Shown here piece by piece: positions 26,198 through 40,193 of a stretch of 64,000 nt of DNA. Source of the stretch: Ancylonema sp. (taxonomy: Eukaryota); NCBI GenBank assembly GCA_050230475.1, contig JBFLGF010000084.1, positions 62,001 to 126,000 of the forward strand, given 5' to 3'. The notes under the pieces were generated by a model. It was given only the letters and a program-made list of their open reading frames with translations. It did not search any database and was not told the DNA's origin. The number at the start of each line of letters is the position of its first letter. The first letter of the stretch is position 1. The position numbers and the translations under genes are program-made.

Positions 26198-27643
26198 GTA
26201 TAGTTGCACAGATTGGCTAGACCTTCAGACCAGGGTCTCACTTTCTTCCTCATCTTTAGACCAGGTCTACACCCAGTTTTTAGGGTTCTCTATTGTAATA
26301 TTATGTCACGTTTCCACACATATTATATACACAAGTAATTGATTTATCGCTCGTAGATGTCAGCGATATTGATGAGACTATAATGAAGCGGTCTAGGTGG
26401 TCTGTGTGAAGGCTCGGGAGTCGAACCCCGATGAAGACAGATTTTACTGTCTTTCCTTCCAAAGTTTACTTATCGATCCCAAACTCTGCTTTAGACCTCA
26501 CAAACCTCGCTTGACCTGGTCTACATCGCGGTCTTAAATCTACTTTATGTGGGAAAATATGGCTGCAATATGCATTTTTGTACACTAAGTTGGAAATTCT
26601 CGTTGTATCGATTTAGTTCGTTTTAGAGACTTTTTGGTTAAACTCGGGTTAAGTTCGGGGTTTGTTTGTTGTATCGTTTTTGTGTGCATTAGAGCGACAC
26701 CTGCCGACGCTTGTCGACATGTGTTGATATGCTTGGTAATTTGGTGGACGTTCAGTCGATGGATGTGGGGAGATTCGTACACTTGGCAAATTTTTGATTG
26801 TGCAGCCATACTGCTAAGTAGATTGGAAAGGCGTGAGATGAGTACTAGAGATTGTATCTCTGCCGAAAATATTCACTTCTTTCAAAGACAATTGAGTGTC
26901 ATCTGCGTGCTATTGTGTGTGCGTTTGAAAGTCTGTCAATGAGTGAGTAGAGCAGAGCGACTAGCATTGAAGAGTCATTGCTGTCAACTAAGAGTAGAGC
27001 AGAGCTGAGTTGAGTGTCAATGAACATGTCGACATCACTTTCTGCCAGTCTATGCCACTGTAATCACCACGACCTCCCTTTGTTCCAACGCCTCTTGGAG
27101 TGGCCGTGAGGATACACGATCTTATCGATTCACCATCATTTACAACACTCACAACATGATACAACGTTGCTTGAATGTTCCAATTTAAAAATCAAATAAT
27201 GGCAAAACCAGTGTCTTGATTAAATCTGTGTTCACCACATTTTTTTGCTTATCAGACGCGCGTGATTCGCTTTAACGCATGATACGGCAAAGAGAGTATT
27301 GGAGTCCATCGTGACAAAGTCGGAAAAATTCACTAAACATCTTTGAGAGAGAATTTGACACACGTCATGTGTGCAACAACCGTGTAGGTTGGGCTAGGAT
27401 GAGTTGGGGTGGGCGCATCCCCTATACAACGACATCGAGGACACGATAAGTTGGGATAGGTGTGATAAATTCAAACAAATATTATTCGCCATCTGCAACA
27501 CGACGTCGACGTCGACAACATGTGTAGCAAATTGGGTTGGATAACCGATCATCGAACGGATCATGCCGAGCTGTTTAAGATTGGATCCTTATTGACATTT
27601 TGATATGTATGGGGGTGGGGGTGGTGGTGGGGTAGGTTCACAG

Positions 27644-27730
27644 GATAAGGAGGGTGGGGAGTTCATGGTAGAGTATGCAAAAAGTTATCGCTTTATCTGC
27701 CGAGGGTGTGTCACTAAGATCGAAAATGAG
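27644..27730 (+). pseudogene. Orphan exon of a PARP-type zinc finger
   Basis: AG/GT-bounded 87-bp exon DKEGGEFMVEYAKSYRFICRGCVTKIENE matches the EYAKSxRxxCxxC..KI motif. No neighbouring exons found. Confidence 0.65.
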
Positions 27731-28310
27731 GTGATTGCATTGCCTCTTGGGAGTGTTGTTGTAATGATTGCAATTTTTGACAAACCTCATTCAAAACTTT
27801 ATGATTCGCTTTCGTGCATCCTGGGCCAAAAACTTGACATAATAAGCATTATATTCACATGTCCGAGACAATGCTGTCTTCTTCCCAAAAGTGTTAATAT
27901 TGACTTAGAGGTTAACACAATAGGATCGAGTGAGGAATTCAGCTTTTCGTCTCTCTAGACCAAGCTCACACGCTTGAATGAAAAACTCATCGACATTCAC
28001 AAGCCATGCCTAAAAAAAAGACATGTTTCACACTCGGCACACAATAATGGAGTACCAAGCATACACGCAGTGTTTCCAATCGAGAATCACTCAATGCGAT
28101 CACAATGCCTCAATGTCAAAGGATTCAAATCATCTAACAAATTGTCAACAACGTTGAAAGCATTCACCATATGTTGCTAACAACCCCGAGTGCATTCCTC
28201 AACATAATCTCAATAAATCTGGATTTCATCATCATCATGTAAATCGATGTCGACAAATGTTGACACATCAAACGACCAACCCGGACAGTGTGGGCAATAT
28301 ACTGCAACAT

Positions 28311-28723
28311 TGTTAGGACTCACTCTCTATAGTCACTAGTCTTCCTCTAGAGAGTGTGCCTAACTCGCTCTAGTGTGCTCTTAGCCTTAAAATATGAGTC
28401 ATACCCTTAGAAATGCACTAAGCCTTAGAATATGACTTTCCCTTTATACAAAGTTCAGTTCTTGTTATATCGAGTTAGTTTCCCCTATTGTTATATCGAG
28501 TTAGATATCGTTATGTCGAGTCCAATTATCCCTTATTGTGTTCATCTAGTGTTTCCCCTCTTTTCTAGTATAGATACTCGATAGGAGCAACCTTATAGTT
28601 GCTGCTATCAACTCATGTAGTTCACCCCTTATAATCCATCATTTCCATTCCATTTTCATCCTTGTGAACATGCTTATCTCTATAGCTAGGTGCGTCTCAT
28701 CATCCATTTCGTCGCCCCTAACA
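28311..28723 (+). mobile_element. Solo LTR, gypsy family (same family as 63406-63774)
   Basis: tgttagga...cccctaaca with 5-bp TSD aacat. Confidence 0.92.
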
Positions 28724-30205
28724 AACATGCTAGTTGTACCATAGTCGCGGTTGGGGTTTGGGATGGGTGCTACGGGCTGGGATGGTACCTTTTGGTTGAG
28801 ACTTATCTTTATGGGTTGGTTGATTTGATATGACATGATACATCTAGTGATGTCGATGACCCACACGCAACCTCAGGTTGGGTCATCGACATATCGTGGC
28901 TAAGCTAGATTGGTTCACTAGGAGTTGGAGTGACCTGTCAATTAACTTGCTTGTGGACCACTTGTGGATATGGGGTAGATGTGAGTGCTCAAGGCAAATC
29001 CGCCGCCTGTGTAGTATACATAGATTCTTTTATGTACTCTCGAATTCACTGAGCTCTGTGGGTAAACAAGTTGTGTCATGTGTATGAGTGTATGGTGGCT
29101 TTCATGTCTTGCATATGTGCAGTGTGAGTTGAGTAAAGAGTAGAGTGTCGACAACATGTCGACAAGAGAAAGTGAGTCACACCATGAACGATACTTCCCA
29201 AGCTACCACCAGCACCCCGATCCGGGATGGAATTTAGGCAATTCTGATCACAACATGACCGACCTCCAACATCGGCTGAGTTGCGGGCTGGGGGAACCCA
29301 CCCACCGTTCTCCTACATGCTTGGCGGCATTTGCTCCTAGGCGGCAGTTGCTAGCCTGGTCGGGACGTTTGCCCCACCCAAGGCCCCTCACGTGGGCAGC
29401 CGTCATGATTCCCGACTTGCATAATCTGCCAGACCGCAAAAACGCTTGTTGCTGGTCAATAAGAGCGAAGAGCTGAAAGCTGTTGTCTCATCCAGTCCCA
29501 CAACCACATAAAACACCTCTACATAACAGATTCCAGTAGACAGGAATGTGAAAAAACCCAAGACGTACATAGGATTTGCATGATTCAGGATATTGCAGTA
29601 CAATACTTGGTAGGTGCCCTGAATTCGTCGGAGGCCACATATCAGCCACGTGCGCATCGTTTGTCCTTTCATTTTTGACCGGCATATGTGATCATGGATT
29701 GACAAAGCCTTGATCTGGCTCGTCCAGTCTCAATTCCGTAAGGTGTCTACTGCCTCAGCACAGGATTGATAAGAGTGAGACAGAATTTTTAGAGAAACTC
29801 TCTGTCTCTGATGCTTCAGACTCGCACTTGATAAAGTCCATATGAATTCTACAGCGCTGAGTGGAGTCATGCACACGTGTCCAGGCATTCATCATTTAAC
29901 CTCTTGCATTGATTCCATCCCCTTTTAGATTCAGGAGGTTCGAGGAAGATATGCCGACAACCAGAATCTGATTTAAAACACGGAGGTAGACTGTCTAAAA
30001 ATGTTGGCTATTTTCTTAGGCCGTCATCACTCCTAGTGCGAACGGCAGCAAGCGCTGTCAGACCTACACCGCCATGGTAGTGATACAATGACTCCGTCGT
30101 GATCTTTTGCCTATACTCCGAATTCATCCGTTCCCCAATGGCCTCCCTAATTTTCCTCTTATTTCAAAAGTCGTCCTTCTTTTTCTCTTCCAGCAGAGCG
30201 CTGGA

Positions 30206-32339
30206 ATGGACGAAGAGAATGATCTTGTTCTGTCCTCTCGTCCACATGAAGATAGGGCACCAATTGCAGCGGACTCTGGCAGTGGAACCCTTACGTGTTC
30301 GACAAAAGCGGATAAGAACAGACGGAAGAAAGAAAGAAAGTACCGCAAAACACAGGAGGAGGCCGCAGGCCGGTAAGGAATCGTCATTAGATCGGATTCT
30401 CAGTGCAGGGATTCTACAAGTATGAGGAAACGGCTGGAATGAGAGTGCTGCATTGGTGTCGTATCCAAATTGCGATGTGTTTACTGGACACGCTAGAAAT
30501 TTGAAAGTCACCTTCATGTGTAAATATGTCCAAATGCTGTTTGAATGTCTGACTAACGCATGAGTCTGCCAGGCTACCTCGATGATATAAATCATGCGAG
30601 CATCAACTCCAATGTTCTTTTATGCTTCAATATTTCACATATTCAAATTCCTCTCTCCTGTTTGGGTGCCCCAGCAGTGCTGCCCTGGAAGAAGGAACGA
30701 GCGCGATTTCGATTTCTGATAATGGTTGGCCTTCCAACGAAAACGGTGGCCTTTCCTCAACCGTGCATGATATCCGGAGAGACAATGAAGCAAAGACAGC
30801 CTCTGAAAGCAGGTAAGAGGCTCCGCGATTCTCGAAGTTTTTGTCAGGAGTTTTTGTCATGCACATCTGAGAAAGTACAAGGTCTGCATCATGTGTAACA
30901 TAGTCTGTCATGTTAGTCTTTCTGAGTTCATCCAATACCCCCACTAAGAAATTGCAGGTCACATTGCAGGAAAAGATGTGTGCACATACATATGGGGATG
31001 GCAGAATGTGGCTGGTCGAATGAATGCACCCATGAATGTTCTCGTTATCAATTGTCGTGTAGGAATATTTATTGACCTGATCTGGGATCAACGTTTTAGA
31101 GTTGAAATGCTCACATTTCAACCTCTTTCTGTAGCTTTGATTTATCGTTGTCTCCCCTTTTGACAACATCGAAAACATCAGATGTCAACTATGTGTGATA
31201 ATGCCTCCTACCCCGAAAATATGACAAATTTTCTTGCCCTTTTTAGCTTTGTTGAGACGGGCAAGCAGCAAGGGGACCTCCATGTTGCTATCTTGAATGA
31301 GCCCAGCAAGTCATCGGCCAAGAAAGCACAAGCTGAGTTGAAGATTCGGGATTGTGCTAATTACGAGAATTGCCCGTGGAGTCGACAATCTTCTAGTAGT
31401 CGCCCCTCTGTGCTCTTAAAATGCGGAAAGCGTTGCATGGTCCGATATTGCTCGAGAGATTGCCAAAAGGCGAATTGGCAACATCACAAATTGCTTTGTG
31501 CTAGCACTAGTGTCATGAAAACGGTCGGACAGTTGTCAAATGGATTACAAGAGGACTTCGAGGAGGGACGCAATGACCTTGTTGCCTTGAAGGAATAATG
31601 GCATATGGCAAAGCACTATTTGGATGAAGCTGTGCGGAAAATGACTATTGGCCCCAGTTCTAGTGACGCAGATGCAGAGTCGATATTCATAGAAAAGGTG
31701 TGCGAGCAAAGAATGGGATTCTTGGAGGAAAATATTTAAAAAAAAGGCGGAAATGAAAAGAGTTGTGGAAATGATATCTGCGTTGGCACCGGGGTTGGCG
31801 AGATTACCCATCATAGAGGAGGCAAACCCAGCAATTGCAAAAAAATTGACAAAGCTTTCTGAAGTCAACAAAGGGAGAGTACACACTGTGGGCAACTTGT
31901 GTTCAAGAAATACAACACAAGAGGATCGATTTCTATGGAGTTCGATTCCGTAGCACTAAGTGGCTCACCCATAGGAGCAGGGCGTATGCAAAAAGACAAG
32001 ACAATATGGGTCCATTTTGTCCCCCTCCAACGTGCTACTCCATCTTTTCTTGGGCGAGCAAATCAAGGGTATGAAACGACTCAGCTGCATACTCACTCGG
32101 ATGCATTCCTTGAAGCTAAGGCCATGAGAACAACTTTGTCATCTCTGTCTGCACCTCCGAAATCAATCCACAAGTATCTTGCAACCATGGATGTGGAGAC
32201 TTTTGAGAGCCTTTTACACGACATTGAAAATTATGATAACCGCTCTAGCATTGTGCTCCATGTGATTTTGAAAGAAGAGCTTGATGGGTCTGAAGAGGGG
32301 AAGCATGTCCTTTTCAACATGTGGTCGATGGCAAATTAG
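30206..32339 (+). pseudogene. MYND-type zinc-finger protein gene with premature stops and frameshifts
   Basis: CANYENC...LLKCGKRCMVRYCSRDCQKANWQHHKLLC. Two probable upstream exons. TAA at 31596-31598, after which coding-like frames continue to 32339. Confidence 0.7.
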
Positions 32340-34481
32340 TTGGTTTGTGGTTAAGGGAGTCGATCGGATCATTGTTCCTTATCTACTCGAGCTTTATCTC
32401 TGTCTTCAAATCTAAGATGTAATATGTAAAGCTTAAGTTTTAGATTGGTGTGTTCATGGGGTGTCGAGACGTTTTTTGTACACTAGGGATGAGTTGACTT
32501 TGGTTTTTACCAGGGAGCTAACACATTTCGACATATCAGTGTGTAGCCAATTTGAGCCTTAGAAGTGAGGTCGAAGACGCTTCGTCAAGTTAGACTATGT
32601 AGCTTGTCACTATCGATAGAAGAAACTCTCTTGCTCGGAGTATACTAGTGTGCAAGATGTCATGATGTGATCGAATGCATTTCAGGTTAGATGACTTGGC
32701 AGCTGCAACGTTTCATAGGAATACAATGTGTTATTCGAGTGATGCAGTGTTTCTAGCCACGCACGCAGAACATGCAACAAATTAGTGACAGACGTGATCG
32801 CGATCGACATGGTGGATCCGTGTTCCCCTTTATACGTGCCCATTCTAGAGTGGATCGACTCCGCCAAGTGTACCCTTAGTCTATCCTTGTCTGTCTCTAG
32901 CCGATCCTAGCCTGCCCCAATTCACCTAGTCTAGCACTAAAAAATGGTAGTCTACATGATGTATTTTCGAGAATGGCTTTGTCATGCTTGAAGTATTCGC
33001 CACAGCTGACTCGTGTTTTCAGAACTTCACGCAAACGTGTGAAGAGTTTCAATCACAATGGTGCCTAAAGCGACCTTGTAGCAAATTGTGCCTTCGAGTG
33101 CCTCTCCGGCAGCCTTTGATGCGATTGTCCATATGCGCCGCTTGACGTGTGCCCTACACGCGTCGGCACGTTCTATGGTTCTTGTACCACGCAATTTTTG
33201 TATTGTTTGGTCGATATCAACTCTATGCAGATTCAAGTTGAACAAACCGGTCCAGACCTACGGACCGGGTTTATGAGAGGACCGTAGGTCAATTTTTTTT
33301 CCCATTCTTAGATTGAGTCTACATCCGATTTTTTTAGGGTTTTTATTGTGCTGTCTTGACACATTTTGACGTGTAACATATACCAAAATTTCAAACACGT
33401 TGTTTATGTTTGACTTTAATATTAGAAAGTCACATGGTATGGTGGTCTTGGTAACCCAAGTGACACTTGGCAAGTGTTGATGTGGTTTTTTGAACTTCAA
33501 ATTTACATAGCGATCTGTAACCCACTGCAGACCATGCTATATGATATATACATGTGTCATAATATGTGTCTGTAGCCGACACCACTGCCATGTTGACATG
33601 TCGTTGTGCAAAAACTTTGCATAGCGTGTTACATCCTTCCCAACTCGATTCCTTTCGCTTCGAGTCGGATCGCTAAAATTTCTAGTATTCTTGCTCTCAG
33701 ACCCAAGAGCACTGGATCCTTGTAATTGTATGCTCAAATGTTTCCCGTTGCTTTGCCTCCAGCTTTGTTGTACTCGTATGCGACTGTCGCCGATCGATGT
33801 CAATACTTCACTAGCTCGAATGTGTCTTGTTGTATTTGTTCGTGTATGCTCAACTCGTATCGACATACAACAAAGAGACAACTTCACTTCCGGTTTCTCT
33901 GCTAAGTTCGCCCGCGGTGTTAACCCTCGCAAGTGTCGTTAAGCGACGAAGTCCTCACCGTTGCAATTCAAGCAAAACTCTTCTCAGTCTCGCCAAATGA
34001 GAATATTAGAGCTGAGCGTGCTGTTCTTTCCTAAGTGTATGGACTTCGTCCCTACACATCACGAAATCGACATCACAATAGTTTTTGCTTCACATACAAT
34101 ACCAGCGTTGGATTTGGAGGCATTTTTTTGGTGTCTTGGTCCCCCATCGCTTAGGTGTGTCCAGATCTTGGCCGGTATTAACCTGTCCTTGGGTGCGTTT
34201 TTGGTTGCAATACCCGCACTAACATTCGTTAGAAGCAATATTTTGACTTGGCATCCTTCTCCGCATTAGGTTGAAAGCATATGAGTTAGTGTATAATGGC
34301 ATGATGCACACGTTGATGCCATGGTATACAAAGGTAGGGTGTTATGTTGAGTGATGTAGGGCATGGGCGAGTCGGTGTATATTATTCGACACAATAGGCG
34401 GCGGTCGGAATTATTTGCGGCATGATGTGTTCCTAACGGCACAACTAGCCTGACAAATTGAGCTTGTTACATTCTAGTCAT

Positions 34482-37400
34482 TGTTGAATCGACATACTGA
34501 GCACTGTCGATGACTGAATTGCATGCACATTCACAAGAGCATGGCTGACACGAATAGTTCTCTGTGAATTATTAGAGGAAGCTCTGCAAGATAACAAGGG
34601 TAATATCTTGCAGGCAAGATTGAAATGGTATGCGCGGGACTGCGACATACGGCTAAGCTAATCACAGCTCAGTATTGCCTATCGACTTAGCTACGTTCGG
34701 ATATTCAAGTTGACGAACGGAAAGCGAAACGACTAAGCGACAGACGGTTATCCGTATTTAGCATTACTATTCAACACACCCCCCTAATGGTAAATACGGA
34801 TATAACGAAACATAAGATAAAAAAGCCGGAAAACAAAAACAAAATGGAGTGTTGAAAAACACTTTATATTTTAGAACATCCCCAGTATTTTCCGGTTGTA
34901 ACGAATGACCCCCACACTCGCATGTTTTGTCAGCATGTCAGCACCCATCTGAGCTGCTGAACACCTTCTCGACAGTGAGCTCTCTCTCATTGTGAACCCT
35001 GTCCCGAATAAAATGGTAGCGAGCCAGTATTTGCTTCGACTTCGGATGATGAACATGGTTGTTGAGGAGATCTATGGCCGGCTTGACTGTCCATGAAGAT
35101 GCGGATTGGTCGAGTAACAACATCTTTCCCTTGCATCTGCAACTGAAGAGTTCGCATCCAGCTGACTTCTTGCCCGGTGTTTGCCAACCCCATGTACTCG
35201 CTCTCACAGCTCGACAGAGGGCATTTTCGGTCAACTTGCTTTGCCAGGTAACTACACCCCTAGCTGAGATGAGTGCAAAACCAGTTCGCGATCGACCAGT
35301 GTCAGGACATGTGAGATGACTTGCATCAGTGAAACCCCAAATGTCAGTGCTCGCCCCCTTACGATATCTGATCCCACTGCTGGCTGTGCCCTTGAGATAT
35401 CTTAGGACATGCTGAACCCCCTCCCAGTGTGCTCTCCTTGGGTTTGCATTGAAGCTACTGAGTGCGCTGAATGCAGCAGAGATGTCGGGTCGGGTGCAGA
35501 CTGCTAGGTACATCATGCTGCCGACTGCACTTCTGTAGGGGACCAACTCCATGTCCTTGATGCCCTCTGCAATTGTCGGTGAGTCCAGTTTGCTCAGCTT
35601 GCAGGCAGGGCGAAGGGGTGTGCTGGCACGTCGAGAGTCCGTCATGTCGTATCGCTTCAAGACATCAGCTGTGTACTTCTCGTGCTAGAGCCAGATGTCA
35701 CCATCAGGCTGCTTGCGGATCTCCATCCCAAGTAAGAACTTCATCTCCCCCAAATGCTTCATGCGAAAACGTGTGCATAGAAACTCCTGAAGTGCTGCCA
35801 GCTTTTTGATCATTTTCCCTAGCATGAACATGTCATCAACATAGGCCAAGTAGGACTCTCTCTGCTCCTTCTCCAATCTTGTAGATGCAGAAATCTGCTT
35901 GAAGCCTCTCCAACCCAAACTCTCCAAGCACTTTGTCGATGTGCAGGTACCACATGCGAGAGGATTGCTTGAGCCCGTAGAGAGCCTTTAGGAGGAGCAG
36001 CACTTTGCCAGACATGTCCTCTTCACCAAACATCCCCTCAGGTATCTCCATGAACACCTCCTCAAGTCTGCGTAAAGGAAAGCGGTTGTCACATCCATCT
36101 GAGGTTTGCATGTCTTTTGCTGCTGCCTTTGCAAGCATGAGTCGAATGCTTTCAAAACGAACTGTCGGCGAGAAAGTTTATGCATAGTCAATCCCCTCCT
36201 CCTGTGTGAATCCCTTGGCCACAATTCTGGCCATTTTTCAACTGCGCCACTGAAACCTCGTTTCTTTTTGAACACCCATTTGTTGGTCACAGTCTTTTTA
36301 TTTGGCCTGTCGACGACCTCGAAAAATTTATTGTCGATGAGTGATTGCACCTCAGCTGCACATGCCTCTTTCCACGCCTCAGCATCTGGCAGCTTCATTG
36401 CTTTCTTGTTTTTCGGATCATCGTCATTGACTTCCACAGCTGCCACCATCATCTCAGCAAGTCGCTGTGAAGGTACGCCCCTGTTGCTGCGTTCACTGCG
36501 TCGAGGGGCTGGGGCTGGGTCTGGGGCTGGGTCTGGGACTTGGATTGTGGCTGGAGCTGGAAAAGGTGGGAGGTCGGGGAAGATGACCTGCACATCAGCA
36601 ACTGGAGCTGCAGCTGCCGTGGACTTCCTCCACCATCCAGGGTCAGTTGTTTCATCGAAGGCTGGAGAGCCGACGTTGTAGATTGTGTGCTTCACAGGAT
36701 CCCAGACACGGTAAGAGTTGCTGCTCATTGTATAACCGACAAGCACGGCTTTGTATGCTACAGGTTGAAATTTGCCATGCCTCTCCTTCTTGTCGATTTG
36801 GCAGAAACTTTTGCTTCCCAGCACTTGCAGCTTTGAAATGTCAGGCTTCTGACCAGTCCACTTTTGGTATGGCGTGCACTCCAGGTTGGAGACAGGGGTG
36901 ACGTTGCGTAGGGTGTTGGCAGCCATCATGAACTCTCCCCAAAGGTAACCTGGAACTGCTGCAGCCACCATCATTGTTCGACATTTGTCCTGAAGTGTCC
37001 GGTTGAGCCTTTCTGAGTTGCCATTGCTCTCAGCCGAATTTGGAGGTGTCGTCTGAATGGTCACGCCCTTGTCTGCCAGCCATGCCTTGAAGGCAATTGA
37101 AATAAACTCTCCACCACCATCAGTCCTCATCACCTTCACTTTCATGCCTGACTGCATTTCAACCACCGGTTTCCATGCCATGAACTTTTCTGCCACTTTG
37201 TCTTTTGTTGAGAGAGTCATTGTCCATGAATATCTTGTGAAGATGTTAAGTATGTTTAGGATGAAACGTGAGCCTCCCACGCTGTGTGGTGTGACTGGCC
37301 CCGCCAGGTCCACGACGATGAGCTGAAGTGGCTTTGTTGTATTGTGCAGGAACGGCCTCGATGGATGTGGTGGCCTTGTCAGCTTCCCAAGCTGACAAGC

Positions 37401-39258
37401 GTCACAAGGTGGCAAGTCCGTGCCCTTCTTCAACTTCACGCCAGTGGCCATGTCTGCTGCGAAGAGTTGCTGAAGTGCTGGTTGGCCACTGTGGCCGAGT
37501 CGTCGATGTAGAAGGTCTATAGTGAGCTCGCAGCTGAGGATTTCCGCCTTTGCTGTTGGTAGTTGAGTCGCCAGGTTGTAGTCGAGTGTCAAGCGTCCTT
37601 TGTCGATGCTCAGTAGTCCGATCTGCTGCTGAGTGCCGTCGAAGAGAAGTTTGCTGAGTACAACTTTTGAAGGAATGATGTTGAAAATAGGTGTGACATC
37701 GCTAGCGATGAGTCTTTGCAAAGAGAGTAGGCTGAAAGTCATAGTAGGGATGTGTAGGACCTCATCAAGATGCAAAGTGGTGAAACCACTTGCAGTCTCT
37801 CTAGTAAGATCCACTGTTCCCCAATGAGTGATTTTGACCTCCCCTTGCACTTGTCTGGTGATGTATGGCTTGTCGAGTGGCTTGTAAGTTGTGAAATGAG
37901 CTGCATCAAAAGTTGTGTGATGTGAAGCTCCCGAGTCAGCAAGCCACACTCCAGCAGTTGTTTCATCGATTGTTGCCATGTTGAGTATTGCTGGCGATCC
38001 TTGGAAGAACAGAGAATGGCCTCTTGCATCCTCCTTGGGTGGCCCATAAGATTGCTGGCTGAGAAACTTTCGACAGACTGATTGCTGGTGGCCATATGCC
38101 TTGCAGAACTCGCATTGCTGTTTGAGAAGTTTGCACTCGGTCTTGATGTGACCTCCACAGTAGCAGCAAGTAGCTTTTGCCTTCCACCGAGCTAAGGATT
38201 GCGCATCTCGAGGCTAGCCTCCACCACCACCACCACCACCACCATGGCGTTGAACATAGAGGATCTCCGCATGGCTTTCAACAGCGTTGAGAAACGCTGC
38301 TGACCCGATTGCTGGAGTTTTGCTGACCTCGTGGAACTTAGCATCATCATCGCGCATGAGTGCGCAAATCTTTTCCAAGCTGTAAGGTGTGTCAGCATGC
38401 TGGTAGGCCTTCGTGATGTAAGTATAGCGATCGTCGACTTCTTGAAGCAGTATTCTTTGCTTTGTCTGCTCCGATATGACGAGGCCTTGTTGTAGGCACT
38501 TGTCGACGATTTGCTCGTACCTCTCGATGGTCTGGGCTGCTGTTTCGATTTCTATGTGCTTGAAATTGATCACCAGCTTGTTCGCCGCCTGAGCTTCCAT
38601 CTCCGTCTTCCGATCAAATTTTTGCTGAAGCTTGTGCCAGATCTGAACGGCATCAGTAATGACCGGCCGAATATGGTGCATCTGACTGTCAGAGATCGAG
38701 TGAAGAAGATGGCTGGTGGCGAAACGGAAATCTTTCATGTACGCCTTCAACTCAGCAGTTGCTGAGTCGATTGCTGCCCTGATTAGTGTTGGCAAGTATC
38801 TGCGACGTTTCGAAGTGCGACTGGAACTGTCGGCTTTTGCTCTGTCACCATTGACTAGGTCCCAAACTTCATGCACTGCGAGAGAAGCTGTCATTCTATC
38901 TCTCCACGATGCATAGTTGTCTGAGCCCAGGATGGTTATGTCTGCTGGAACTTCCATCTGAGGAAGAAGCTCTGATACCCATGTTGAATCGACATACTGA
39001 GCACTGTCGATGACTGAATTGCATGCACATTCACAAGAGCATGGCTAACACGAATAGTTCTCTGTGAATTATTAGAGAAACTCTGCAAGATTACAAGGGC
39101 AATATCTTGTAGGCAAGATTCAAATGGTATGCGCGGGCGGCTAAGCTAATCACAGGTCAGTATTGCCTATCGACTTAGCGTACGTTCGGATATTCAAGTT
39201 GACGAACGGAAAGCGAAAACGTCTAAGCGACAGACGGTTATCCGTATTTAGCATAACA
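34482..39258 (-). mobile_element. Ty1/copia LTR retrotransposon related to 18909-23988, frameshifted
   Basis: LTRs 38982-39258 and 34482-34776. PBS (ggtatcagagc on the minus strand) just inside the 5' LTR, and a PPT. Gag 38957-38214, PR-INT-RT ORF 37979-35988, RT/RNase H pieces to 34871. Confidence 0.97.
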
Positions 39259-40193
39259 GCTTCTAAGCTAGTTCCTTGCTCATTGGTTCCATCAACTTTG
39301 TTAACTTGGTGAAGAGTGGTTATGATTAAGATTATGAGCTGTCGAGATTTCGACAAGCTCCTAGAACTTGTCGATGACCGAGTGTGTGTTACCCGTTCTG
39401 CCACTTTCTACTCAACGTTACGTTAGTTGCTTTGTCCCACTGTCCCTAAACACGTTGAGTTCGCTTGAGTGCGATAACGATCGTTTTCATCACGTCAACA
39501 CCCACTCAAAAACAAGGTGCACTTATGACTAGTATCTTGTAAAGCTACCAATGCAAGACCAACATTGCGCTTTTTACTTGTACCTTGTAAAGCTGCCGAT
39601 GCGAGACATACATTGTTTTGCGGTTTTGTACCGATTTCCAAGTTCCCAGTCGTAGTTGCACTCCTTTCCCAGCTGCGCGACCATCCCCAAACGACCCGGC
39701 CCCCCTCACCCGCAAGTGAGAACGACCGATTGCAATCCGAATTATTTTATCGGAGTGCGGCTGGCCGACCGCGGGGGACCAGCTGGGCAGGTTGCACAAG
39801 CCTAGCAGCCAGGGCCAGGCCACGCTTGAAACGGAAGAGTCAATGACGCGCGCGGCGCGGTCAACGGTGACAGCACAACTGTGCGGTCCGAAATCGAATA
39901 TTTTAGTTGTGCTTCAGTGGATTGGCCTTTTGACAGCCAATGAGAAGTTCGAGAAGTGGATGCCGTGAATCTCCAGCTGGAGGAACACGTTTTTCCACTC
40001 GTCTCTTCGCCGCCTAGTCCATTGCAGCTTTGTACCAGATTGTTTATAGCTTGTTCTTCGCGAGAACTCGTGCCAGTAAATTTAATTTGCGTGGCGATAT
40101 GCAGCCTGGAGGTCTGGTCTGATCACTCTCCGCTCTAGCACGGTACCAGATCAAGAAAATAGCAAGGCAATACGGTACCATACGGCGCCTGCT

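Noticed and set aside
26414..26432. B-box/T-arm-like GGTTCGACTCC on the minus strand (also at 61301-61320)
   Set aside because: No A-box or cloverleaf around it; insufficient for a tRNA or SINE call.
26590..29160. LTR-like stretches ending in tgtcgac-a motifs (~26590-27035, ~28780-29160)
   Set aside because: No partner copy, clear termini or TSD could be established by eye.
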